A DNA stretch of 56,418 nucleotides. Source: Candidatus Ozemobacteraceae bacterium. GTDB lineage: Bacteria; Muiribacteriota; Ozemobacteria; Ozemobacterales; Ozemobacteraceae. The notes under the pieces were generated by a model that saw only the letters and a program-made list of their open reading frames with translations, was not told where the DNA came from and did not search any database. Both the position numbers and the translations under genes were made by a program. Shown here piece after piece: positions 45,051-52,646 of this stretch. Position 1 is the first letter of the stretch. The number at the start of each line of letters is the position of its first letter. Location of the stretch: the NCBI GenBank assembly GCA_035342015.1, contig DAOQWI010000002.1, forward strand, positions 1 through 56,418, written 5' to 3'.

Positions 45051-46253
45051 TCACTCCAGAACATCAATTAAACAGCCGCTCTTCACCAGGCAGAGCTTAA
45101 CCTGTTTCTGCAGACAGTGCTCAACCAGATCAGTGCGCTCGTAATTTGCAATAATCATGCCTCTTAAATCTGCCGACTTGAACTGCCCGCTTGTCAGTTC
45201 ACTGCCAAAAGAACCGGTATTGGCCCGCAGGTGTTCAAGCAGATCAAGAGCTTCATTAATCTGGGCCGGTTCAGGACTGTAAAGAATCTGAACTACCACC
45301 AGAACCCCTTTGCGGTCCTGGCAGAGCAGATCAATTCTTCTTCTGCGCTCATTGCTCAAAGTTACCGAGTAGTTTCTATGTATGACACGCAGGCCTTTTT
45401 CAAACATATTGATATGCGCAGCCACCCAGAGCTCAAACTCTTTTTTCGAATTAAAAAATGAATTCGAAGTAAACTGTTCGAACAGTGACTCAAGCATGTT
45501 TACCTGTTCCTTGAGGCGACGGTTCTCTTCCTGCATTGTTACAATACGTTCCCAGAGTTTTTTATTCTCCTCAAGAAGAACAATCAACCCCTTAACTTCA
45601 CCCTCGTTGAATTCGCCAAGCGGTCGGGCAAGCAATCTGGTCACCAGAGAGCGCAGAGGCGTGGTTCCGTCGAGCTGGGCCTTATCTGCCGGATCATCAC
45701 GTTTTATAAGAAGAACCGGGATTTCCTGGGCCTTCCATTTGATAAGCAGGTCGTCACCAGGTGAAAAAACTCTGAGTAGATCGCCTACCATCAGCTTGCG
45801 TTTTTCAAAATCCGGAGCCCGCCCCTTCATTCTTTTGCCGCCAACCTCTATCTCAAAGCCCTCTTTCAATGAAAAAAGCCGGTTGTAGAGTTCATCTTCG
45901 CGCGCAAACCATTTGAGGTAACGCCCACTGTGCTCCTGATGCGAAAGTCGTTTTCTGATGACCATTTTTTCCTGCGGGGCAAAAATCTGGCAATTAACAA
46001 CAGACCCGCGCTCACGCACATTGCTTAGAACAATCTCTGAATCAACCGCAGCCAAAGTTATCGCCTCGCCGACAAACAGGCTGTGTTTTTCCCATTCTAC
46101 AGAGAGATTGGCAATTTCCTGGTCTCCGAGTATCATGTTAAAAACAAGGCTGGCGGGGATTACCGCCTTGACGTCAGCGTCTTGAGAGGCTTCCCAGTGG
46201 ATGGCGCCCCTCTCGATTTCACGAGCTGTCAGTTTTTTTCTGAATTCCGGCAT
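45051..46253 (-). CDS. NucS/DUF91-like (PD-(D/E)XK fold) C-terminal domain protein with substituted catalytic motif, tandem-duplicated N-terminal domain and central coiled coil
   Basis: 400 aa. The C-terminal segment is KKEFELWVAAHINMFEKGLRVIHRNYSVTLSNERRRRIDLLCQDRKGVLVVVQILYSPE...LRGMIIANY. It follows the NucS/DUF91 pattern E..L...L.....E.GL.+..R.Y....G.IDLL..D..G.LVVVE+K...VRG++.A. Where that pattern has E-x-K, this protein reads Q-I-L. Residues ~5-95 and ~100-185 align to each other (RKKLTAREIERGAIHWE.../RKRLSHQEHSGRYLKWF...). The coiled coil is KKLWERIVTMQEENRRLKEQVNMLESLFEQF. Confidence 0.6.
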   Translation of the reverse strand: MPEFRKKLTAREIERGAIHWEASQDADVKAVIPASLVFNMILGDQEIANLSVEWEKHSLFVGEAITLAAVDSEIVLSNVRERGSVVNCQIFAPQEKMVIRKRLSHQEHSGRYLKWFAREDELYNRLFSLKEGFEIEVGGKRMKGRAPDFEKRKLMVGDLLRVFSPGDDLLIKWKAQEIPVLLIKRDDPADKAQLDGTTPLRSLVTRLLARPLGEFNEGEVKGLIVLLEENKKLWERIVTMQEENRRLKEQVNMLESLFEQFTSNSFFNSKKEFELWVAAHINMFEKGLRVIHRNYSVTLSNERRRRIDLLCQDRKGVLVVVQILYSPEPAQINEALDLLEHLRANTGSFGSELTSGQFKSADLRGMIIANYERTDLVEHCLQKQVKLCLVKSGCLIDVLE

Positions 46254-46254
46254 T

Positions 46255-47073
46255 TCAGAAACTCCAGTTGATTATTCGATTTTTCAGCTCTTCAGCAGCC
46301 TGACCAAGCTTCTCAACCATAGCATCGGCGTATTCTTCGAGTTTCTGGGCCAGCACAACCGTCACCGGCACCATGGCAACTCCCTCAGGAACAACAAAGT
46401 CAAAATAACTGTCGGCAATCTCTTCGTTCATTTTATAATCAATTACCTGAAGACGCCCGCGCTCCTGCCCCTGACGGTCGTATTCAACCACCCATGCAGG
46501 CAGGTAGGTGCGGCTTGAAAAGGCCATTTCATAATGCCCGACATCAAAAACCGACTTGAAAACCGATTCCATTTTCGGATTGAACCTGAGGTGATAGAAG
46601 GTTTCTGAATCAGAAAGCTTTTCGACTTTCATCGTCTCAATACGAAAAAAGGTGAAAAGAGTCTTGCGGGTAAGGTTGGTAAACAGCTTTTTAGGGCTGA
46701 ACCATGAATAATACGATCCGAAAAAACCAGCGGATTCAGAGAAGTGATAAAACACTTCATTGATTGCCACAACGTAGATCCAGAGGTTTTTACCATTGAA
46801 CAAAACCTTGACCGAACCGTCGGTAAAGATTATGGCAAACTTGTCAGGGCTTTTTATCGAAAGGGTTACCGACTTGCTGGCTGCTGAATTTTGCAGAACG
46901 ACGCTGGCAGAAATGGCGCTGATTTTATCGGCACACTTTTCCATGCTGTCAAAAAGTGCTTCAACTGAAAATGATGCAACCTGGTTATCGGCAGATGCCA
47001 TAACCGGACCACCCTGAACCAGAAGCAATATCAACAGGCCAGCCAGAAAGACAGAAAGCCAATTACAACGCAT
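46255..47073 (-). CDS. LolA-like / outer-membrane-lipoprotein-sorting-fold periplasmic protein
   Basis: I place the start at ATG 47073 (MRCNWLSVFLAGLLILLLVQGGPVMASA, a signal peptide), not at the ORF-track start 47280. LolA-fold-like strings are ISASVVLQNSAASKSVTLSIKSPDKFAIIFTDGSVKVLFNGKNLWIY and FDFVVPEGVAMV. The start overlaps the upstream gene by 11 nt. The stop is 1 nt before the next ATG. Confidence 0.6.
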   Translation of the reverse strand: MRCNWLSVFLAGLLILLLVQGGPVMASADNQVASFSVEALFDSMEKCADKISAISASVVLQNSAASKSVTLSIKSPDKFAIIFTDGSVKVLFNGKNLWIYVVAINEVFYHFSESAGFFGSYYSWFSPKKLFTNLTRKTLFTFFRIETMKVEKLSDSETFYHLRFNPKMESVFKSVFDVGHYEMAFSSRTYLPAWVVEYDRQGQERGRLQVIDYKMNEEIADSYFDFVVPEGVAMVPVTVVLAQKLEEYADAMVEKLGQAAEELKNRIINWSF

Positions 47074-47902
47074 CTGATGCTCCAGACCGGGGAATTTCAG
47101 CGACAGCCTTCTGCAGAGCTTTCTGCGCCGCATCAAGCAGTTTCTGCAGACGACGGTTACACTCAGCCTGCAGCTCCTGATCACCGGCAACCAACAATAA
47201 ATGCCGGTTATATGCCCCAAGAAGACGACAAAATTTTTCCTGGTCTGAGTTGGCCCCGGAAAAATCCTGTAACAGCTCATCTTTTGCCAATCCGGGTTCA
47301 GAGCTTCCCTGAGGGGGAGTCCAGGCGTAGCTTGTCAGCAGAGATGAAAAAGGGACGTTTTCAGACCATGCCGGCGACTCGGCCAGGTGCTCAGAAACCA
47401 GTCGTGAAAGCTTTTTCAGGTTCAGGCTGACAACGGTTGCCGGCTTGTCCTGGAGGTTGCAGCCAGGCAATGACGAGTAGATAAACATGCGACCACATTC
47501 AACACCGCAGAAGAGAAGCCTCCAGGTTGCACCGGTTTCTGAACAACAGAACTTTCGGCGTGAATCGGCGGCAAACGAGAACACTGCCGATTCATTTTCG
47601 GGCAGAAGCTCTTTTTTGACAGCTGCCAGAACTCCAAAAACCTGTTCATCCGGCACCTTCTGCCCGACGCTTGAAACCCAGATCATGTCGAGGCCATGCG
47701 TAGCCGAATCATTCAAAAAAGCCGGGCGGTTTGCAACATTCTGCAGAACAAAACAGCTTTTTAAACCACTGCCGGTCATGGCGAGAAAAATATCTGGATG
47801 ACACCACGGCTCGGCGATAGAAGCGGGAAAAGGCAGAATTTCAGGGATGCCTGACCCCTGAAAGACTTTGCGAAGGACTTCAATCAGCTGCAAAAGAAAC
47901 AA
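47063..47902 (-). CDS. Hypothetical cytoplasmic protein, first gene of the seven-gene operon
   Basis: 279 aa. The TTG start at 47902 was verified, with a GGAGA SD 7 nt upstream. No TM or signal peptide and no recognisable motif. The C-terminal helix is rich in Q/L/A/K. Confidence 0.55.
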   Translation of the reverse strand: MFLLQLIEVLRKVFQGSGIPEILPFPASIAEPWCHPDIFLAMTGSGLKSCFVLQNVANRPAFLNDSATHGLDMIWVSSVGQKVPDEQVFGVLAAVKKELLPENESAVFSFAADSRRKFCCSETGATWRLLFCGVECGRMFIYSSLPGCNLQDKPATVVSLNLKKLSRLVSEHLAESPAWSENVPFSSLLTSYAWTPPQGSSEPGLAKDELLQDFSGANSDQEKFCRLLGAYNRHLLLVAGDQELQAECNRRLQKLLDAAQKALQKAVAEIPRSGASDAL

Positions 47903-47942
47903 TATCCATCTCCGTATTTACAGTCGATTTTTCACCGACCGT

Positions 47943-47954
47943 CTGGTATTATAC
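47943..47954. promoter_or_regulatory. Overlapping face-to-face extended -10 elements for thioredoxin (+) and the seven-gene operon (-)
   Basis: The plus strand reads TGGTATTAT (47943..47951). The minus strand reads TGTATAAT (47954..47947), with TTGTTT 17 nt upstream of it. Confidence 0.45.
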
Positions 47955-48013
47955 AGTATCTTAAGCTGGTAAACAAACTCAAATTACCAGATTTATCGCA
48001 CAGGCAGACAAAC

Positions 48014-48361
48014 ATGATAACTTTAGAAGACTTCGATCAGAAAATCATCACCGGAAAGGCCCCGGCCATGCTCGTATTCACTGCGGCCTGGTGCCGGCCA
48101 TGCGGCCTGCAGAAACCGGTAATCGAAAAGATTGCCGCCACTTTTTCGGCTTCGATGCGCATCGAAGTCATTGATGTCGATGAACAAAGTGACCTTGCCG
48201 ACCGCTTACTGGTACGTACACTGCCCGCTACACTTTTATATGCCGACGGCGAGCTTGTAGAGCATCTTCACGGATACCAGGCCGAAGATTTTCTGACATC
48301 TTATGTAAACCATATTCTCAAAATGTGCCAGAAAAAGACCGACGAAACCGCAAAAGAATAA
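48014..48361 (+). CDS. Thioredoxin-family protein
   Basis: 115 aa. PAMLVFTAAWCRPCGLQKPVIEKIA carries a WCxPC redox motif with Arg in place of the canonical Gly. The downstream cis-Pro region is RTLPATLLYADGE. The SD is weak. Confidence 0.8.
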   Translation: MITLEDFDQKIITGKAPAMLVFTAAWCRPCGLQKPVIEKIAATFSASMRIEVIDVDEQSDLADRLLVRTLPATLLYADGELVEHLHGYQAEDFLTSYVNHILKMCQKKTDETAKE

Positions 48362-48364
48362 GGC

Positions 48365-49138
48365 CTATTCTGCAACCCTTATGCGCTCAATTTTCTGCGC
48401 TTTGCGGTCAATGCCAAGCTCGACAAACAGCCCCTCGACCTTGCCCGGAGCCTGCGCACAGAGAAACTTATCAGAAAAACCGTTGATAAAGCGCCCGGTC
48501 ACAGTATTGCGGTCAACCCCGATTACTCCATCTACCGCCCCGGTCATGCCGATATCTGTTATCACTGCAGTACCACCATGCGGCAGAATGCGCTCATCAG
48601 AAGTCTGAACATGGGTGTGAGTCCCGTATGCGACCGCAGCCCGGCCATTTACATGCCAGAAAAAAGCCAGTTTCTCTGAAGTGGCCTCGGCATGAAAATC
48701 TATAACCAGAGGCACGTCTGCCGGGAGACCGCCATAAAGACTGTCAAATGCTGCAAACGGGCAGAATGCCGCATCCATAAATACCCGGCCGGCCAGATTC
48801 ATTACGGCGAGATTGCCCACTCCAGGCTTGCAGAAAACCCTGCATCCAATTCCGTGGTCTGCAGCAACAATGTTCTGAGGCCGCAGCACATAATCACTTT
48901 TCAGCATTTCCGGCCAGTCTGAGCGTGAAAAAACATGATTACCGGTAGTAATGATATCAATACCACAGGACCTGAGAAAGTTTGCATGCTTTTGCGAAAG
49001 ACCGTTACCGGCCGTGACATTTTCGCCGTTGGCAATTATCCAGTCAGGCCGATAACGCTCTATCAAACCAGGCAGCAGCCTTTGCAGACAGTCACGGCCG
49101 GTCTTGCCGTAGATATCACCGATCATCAGAATTTTCAT
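48365..49138 (-). CDS. ymdB: YmdB-type metallophosphoesterase (TIGR00282 family, 2',3'-cyclic-nucleotide phosphodiesterase)
   Basis: 257 aa. MKILMIGDIYGKTGRDCL...IIANGENVTAGNGL...ITTGNHVF...DFHAEATSEK...GTHTHVQTSDERIL parallels B. subtilis YmdB motif by motif. The gene lies directly downstream of rny, as in Bacillus. Confidence 0.9.
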   Translation of the reverse strand: MKILMIGDIYGKTGRDCLQRLLPGLIERYRPDWIIANGENVTAGNGLSQKHANFLRSCGIDIITTGNHVFSRSDWPEMLKSDYVLRPQNIVAADHGIGCRVFCKPGVGNLAVMNLAGRVFMDAAFCPFAAFDSLYGGLPADVPLVIDFHAEATSEKLAFFWHVNGRAAVAYGTHTHVQTSDERILPHGGTAVITDIGMTGAVDGVIGVDRNTVTGRFINGFSDKFLCAQAPGKVEGLFVELGIDRKAQKIERIRVAE

Positions 49139-49152
49139 AGCTTAAATATAGG

Positions 49153-49185
49153 CTGCCCCGGGGTCAGAATTCAACCCCGGGGCAG
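49153..49185 (-). promoter_or_regulatory. Strong GC-rich stem-loop in the rny-ymdB spacer (attenuator / processing / stability element candidate)
   Basis: A perfect 11-bp stem pairs CTGCCCCGGGG (49153..49163) with CCCCGGGGCAG (49175..49185). The 11-nt loop contains GAATTC. On the minus transcript it is followed by CCUAUAUUUAAGCU-AUG(ymdB), which is U-containing but not a clean U-tract. Confidence 0.6.
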
Positions 49186-49207
49186 ATATTATCTCACAAG
49201 CCTTTGA

Positions 49208-50755
49208 TCAGTGAGCGACTTCAACGCTTCTGGTTTCGCGAATCAGAACAACTTTGACCTGACCCGGGTATTCCATGTCGCTCTCAATCTTCTTGACGAT
49301 GTCGCGGCAAACTTTCGGTGCAGTGATATCATCAACTTCATCCGGACTGACCATAACTCTGATTTCACGTCCGGCCTGGATTGCATAGGCAGAAGAAACG
49401 CCCTTGAAACTCTTGGCGATGGTTTCAAGATCAACCAGGCGCTTGATATATGCTTCAAGCGATTCGCTGCGGGCCCCGCGCCGTGAAGCCGAGATGGCGT
49501 CTGCGGCGGCAATCAGAACGGCCTCCGGAGTTTCAAACGGCACATCTTCGTGGTGAGCGGCAATGGCGTTGACCACCTTGGGCGATTCCTGATATTTGCG
49601 GGCAAAATCAGCACCAAGCTTGGCATGATTCCCCTCATCGCTCTCGATTACCTTGCCGATGTCGTGCAGCAGACCAGCACGTCGAGCCAACTGAATGTCG
49701 GCGCCAATTTCGGCAGCAAGATTACTGGCCAGATTGGCCACTTCAATTGAATGCTGCAGAACGTTCTGGCCATAAGAAGTTCTGTAATTCAGGCGCCCAA
49801 CGATCTCGACGAGCTCCTGGTGTATACTCTGAATACCAAGAGCCAGCATCGTCTGCTCGCCGGCCTCTTTGATTCTCAGGTGTACTTCTTTTTGTGCCTT
49901 TTCATACATTTCTTCGATTTTTGCCGGGTGAATTCGCCCGTCGAGAGTCAGGTTTTCAAGAGTGACCCTGGCAATCTCGCGCTTGATTGGATCGAATGAT
50001 GAAAGAACTACCGCTTCCGGGGTGTCGTCGATGATCACGTCGACACCAGTCAGGTTTTCAAAAGCGCGAATATTGCGACCTTCGCGACCTATGATACGCC
50101 CCTTCATTTCTTCGCTGGGCAGTTCAACCACCGTTACGATTGGATCGATCGTATGATCGGTCGCACAACGTTGAATCGAGGTGGCAAGAATCTCGCGTGA
50201 TTTCTTGTCGGCAGAGCTCTTAACCTTCTGTTCAGCTTCGTTAACCTTCAGAGCGACCTCATACTGCAGCTCGTCTTCGATCTTTTTCATGAGCTGCTCA
50301 CGGGCCTGCTCGGGGGTCAGGCCGGCAACTCTCTCGAGCTCTTTTTTCTGCTGCTCGATGATCTCAAGACTGTCTTTTTTGAGCTTGTCAAGTTCGCTTT
50401 CTCTTTCGCGCAGAGAGTCAGCGCGCTTTTCAAGGTTCTCAGCCCTGGCATCGACCTTCTCGATGCGACTGGTAAGGTGCGTTTCGAGCTTTTCGAGTTC
50501 CTGCCGCCGCTTTTGCAGTTCGCGATCGGCGTTCTTCTTCTCGTTTAGTTCCTTTTCCTTTATTTCCTTGGCTTTTTTCTGAGCTTTCTGCAGCTCAGCC
50601 TGGGCAGAAGCGCGTGCTTCATCAAGAATTTCCTTTTCCTTCTGACGGGCTTCGGCAAGAATGCCTTCGCCATTCTTTCTTGTCAGATGATTGGTAATGA
50701 AATAACCGATGAGGGCACCCACACCTGCAAAGACCAGATATAACAGGTATTGCAT
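49208..50755 (-). CDS. rny: Ribonuclease Y
   Basis: 515 aa. It has an N-terminal TM helix (LLYLVFAGVGALIGYFI) and a K/E-rich coiled coil. The KH domain is GRIIGREGRNIRAFENLTGVDVIIDD. The HD domain is HSIEVANLA...LLHDIGK. Confidence 0.96.
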   Translation of the reverse strand: MQYLLYLVFAGVGALIGYFITNHLTRKNGEGILAEARQKEKEILDEARASAQAELQKAQKKAKEIKEKELNEKKNADRELQKRRQELEKLETHLTSRIEKVDARAENLEKRADSLRERESELDKLKKDSLEIIEQQKKELERVAGLTPEQAREQLMKKIEDELQYEVALKVNEAEQKVKSSADKKSREILATSIQRCATDHTIDPIVTVVELPSEEMKGRIIGREGRNIRAFENLTGVDVIIDDTPEAVVLSSFDPIKREIARVTLENLTLDGRIHPAKIEEMYEKAQKEVHLRIKEAGEQTMLALGIQSIHQELVEIVGRLNYRTSYGQNVLQHSIEVANLASNLAAEIGADIQLARRAGLLHDIGKVIESDEGNHAKLGADFARKYQESPKVVNAIAAHHEDVPFETPEAVLIAAADAISASRRGARSESLEAYIKRLVDLETIAKSFKGVSSAYAIQAGREIRVMVSPDEVDDITAPKVCRDIVKKIESDMEYPGQVKVVLIRETRSVEVAH

Positions 50756-50786
50756 GGTTCCTCCGTTGGAATCTGGGGATATTTTT

Positions 50787-50801
50787 TTGACAGTCTGTCA
50801 A
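50787..50801. repeat. Perfect 7-bp inverted repeat TTGACAG-T-CTGTCAA upstream of rny
   Basis: Seen directly at 50787..50801, 32 nt upstream of the rny ATG, next to a run of seven T (plus strand). Function unknown. See rejected notes for the promoter and terminator readings. Confidence 0.5.
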
Positions 50802-50831
50802 CGACCGTCAAGGACGATTTCTGCATGAAAT

Positions 50832-52502
50832 TTAGAGCTTTTCCTGGTGAATTTTTACGCTGAATTCTTTCTTGAGTTCTTCAATGTAAACCTTGAAGGC
50901 TTCCTGCTGTTTTTGCGGCAGCAGGTGGCCTTTAATCTGCTCCTTCACCTCTTCGAGTTTGCGGTTACCGGCGGGCTGACGTTCATCAACCCTGATGATA
51001 TGGTAACCGAACTGAGTTTTTACCGGACCAACGATTTTGCCGATTTCGGCAGTTTTGCATGCGGCATCGAATTCAGGTACCATCTGGCCTTCACCGAAGG
51101 AACCAAGATCGCCACCTTCTTTGCCTGACGGACAGGTTGATTTTTCACGGGCAAGATCAGAAAATTTGGCGGGTTCTTTTTCGAGAGTCGCCAGCAACTC
51201 TTTGGCTTCAGCCTCTTCCTTGACCAGAATGTGATGTGCTTTCATCTGGGCCGGAACAGCAAACTGGGCAAGATTTTTCTGGTAGAAGTCTTCGATATCC
51301 TTGTCTTCGATCTTTATAGCATCGAGTTTGTCGGAAAGAAGTTTGTGAATCATGGTGCGGCGCGCCACATCCTTGATTACGTCAGGGTATTTTTCTGAGA
51401 GGGCCGCGAAATTCTTTTCTGCACTTGCTGCTGCAAGATAACGGGCTGAGAATCTTTCGAGGAAGTCATTCAGACCTTCGCCGCCGAGAATCTGAGGGCG
51501 GATGAAAGCCGGAATCTGCTGCAGTTCTTCATCAAGTTCAGAGACCCTGACTTCTTTGCCGGCAATCTTGAAAAGCACCGCGTTCTTTTCTTCATCTGAA
51601 AGAGCTTCTTTGCGCAGAGTTTCGGCAGCCGCCTGATTAATTTCAAAACCCATTTCTTTTTTGAGCTTTTCAATTTCTTCTTTATAGGCAGTCTGCTGCT
51701 TCTGATTGGTCACATCACGGCGAATCTGGGCAGACACGGCATCAAAAGCCTTAACGCCGCCCTCTTTCTTTTCGCTGTATTTAACCAGGATGTGAAGATC
51801 TTCATCTATTTTGATCGGAGCAGAAACTTCGTCGGCCTTGAGAGCCTTGAGAGTGTTAACAATCTCGGGTTCGAGCTGAGCTTCACTGACGAAGCCCTTG
51901 TCGCCACCGTTATCTTTGGCATCATCTTTTGAATTGGCTTTTGCCAGTTCAACAAAAGACTTGCCGCCTTCAATTTCCTTCTTCAGTTCTGCAGCTTTGG
52001 TGGCTGTGTCTACTGATATCTGGAAAAGGTGATACTGTACCGGGTCAACGAAGCTGTCTTTGTTCTTTTCGTAATGCTCTTTAACTTCTTCTTCTTTAAC
52101 TTCAACAGCTTTAACAGCCTGGTTCATGCTTTCGGCAGCCAGTCTGAAAGAAGCCATTTCCTTGAAGTTCTTTTCGTATTCTTCACCCTTATTAAGACCG
52201 AGCTGTTCGGCTTTTTTCTGAAGCACATTGACTTCAACCATCTGGTTCAGGAATTCCTGGCGGCCATCTGGAGTGGCAAATCTGGCAACAGTCTGGGGGT
52301 TAGAATTGTCGATTACAGTCTGCAGTTCTTTATCATAGTTACTGCGGGTAACCTTGTCGGTGCCGACTTCAGCCAGAACATCTTCGGGGCTGCCCTGAAC
52401 CGCAGCCACAGGTGTTTCCTGGGCAAAGCAGGGGGCGACGAACGACGCCAGAACGAAGAGAAAAATTATCAAAGCGCCTGAGCGCTGATGTTTCAGATGC
52501 AT
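50832..52502 (-). CDS. Periplasmic peptidyl-prolyl cis-trans isomerase (SurA/PpiD/PrsA-like, parvulin domain)
   Basis: 556 aa. A signal peptide is present, followed by a long SurA-N-like chaperone region. The parvulin domain is KAHHILVKEEAEAKELL...CPSGKEGGDLGSFGEGQMVPEFDAA...VKTQFGYHIIRV. A GGAGG SD is present. Confidence 0.88.
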   Translation of the reverse strand: MHLKHQRSGALIIFLFVLASFVAPCFAQETPVAAVQGSPEDVLAEVGTDKVTRSNYDKELQTVIDNSNPQTVARFATPDGRQEFLNQMVEVNVLQKKAEQLGLNKGEEYEKNFKEMASFRLAAESMNQAVKAVEVKEEEVKEHYEKNKDSFVDPVQYHLFQISVDTATKAAELKKEIEGGKSFVELAKANSKDDAKDNGGDKGFVSEAQLEPEIVNTLKALKADEVSAPIKIDEDLHILVKYSEKKEGGVKAFDAVSAQIRRDVTNQKQQTAYKEEIEKLKKEMGFEINQAAAETLRKEALSDEEKNAVLFKIAGKEVRVSELDEELQQIPAFIRPQILGGEGLNDFLERFSARYLAAASAEKNFAALSEKYPDVIKDVARRTMIHKLLSDKLDAIKIEDKDIEDFYQKNLAQFAVPAQMKAHHILVKEEAEAKELLATLEKEPAKFSDLAREKSTCPSGKEGGDLGSFGEGQMVPEFDAACKTAEIGKIVGPVKTQFGYHIIRVDERQPAGNRKLEEVKEQIKGHLLPQKQQEAFKVYIEELKKEFSVKIHQEKL

Positions 52503-52533
52503 AATGCCTCCGCTGTGATTTTAGTGCGGTAAA

Positions 52534-52562
52534 ATTATAACATCCGCAACAGGCAAATTCAA
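52534..52562 (-). promoter_or_regulatory. Sigma70-type promoter for the PPIase gene
   Basis: The minus strand reads TTGAAT (52562..52557), a 17-nt spacer, then TATAAT (52539..52534). TG lies one base upstream of the -10 (TGTTATAAT). It sits between the terminator and the GGAGG/ATG at 52502. Confidence 0.75.
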
Positions 52563-52586
52563 TTAAACTGTCGGGCAATTTTATCG

Positions 52587-52622
52587 AAAAAAAACCGCCG
52601 GTCAGATTCGACTGACCGGCGG
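52587..52622 (-). terminator. Rho-independent terminator after the FN3 lipoprotein gene (potentially bidirectional)
   Basis: A perfect 11-bp GC-rich stem pairs CCGCCGGTCAG (52595..52605) with CTGACCGGCGG (52612..52622), with a 6-nt loop. On the minus-strand transcript the stem is followed by 8 U (52594..52587). On the plus strand it is followed by CTTTT. It lies 25 nt after the stop at 52647. Confidence 0.9.
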
Positions 52623-52646
52623 CTTTTAATACGCCTTGAATGACTT

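Noticed and set aside
47074-47280. 69-codon N-terminal extension of the LolA-like ORF as given in the ORF track.
   Set aside because: The extension (MSCYRIFPGPTQTRKNFVVFLGH...) overlaps the upstream gene by more than 200 nt and is Cys/Arg-rich. The internal ATG at 47073 begins a textbook signal peptide.
48355-48369. Near-palindrome GAATAAGGCCTATTC at the thioredoxin/ymdB convergent junction, considered as a shared terminator.
   Set aside because: It has imperfect 5-bp arms and no flanking T/A tracts. It is composed of the two stop codons themselves.
50773-50812. TTGACA / TTGACG hexamers around the 50787..50801 palindrome, read as the rny promoter, or the palindrome read as a terminator for the PPIase gene.
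   Set aside because: No acceptable -10 hexamer lies 16-18 nt downstream of either -35-like hexamer (CCCCAG or AAAAAA). On the minus transcript the hairpin is followed by an A-run, not a U-run. Only the repeat itself is reported.
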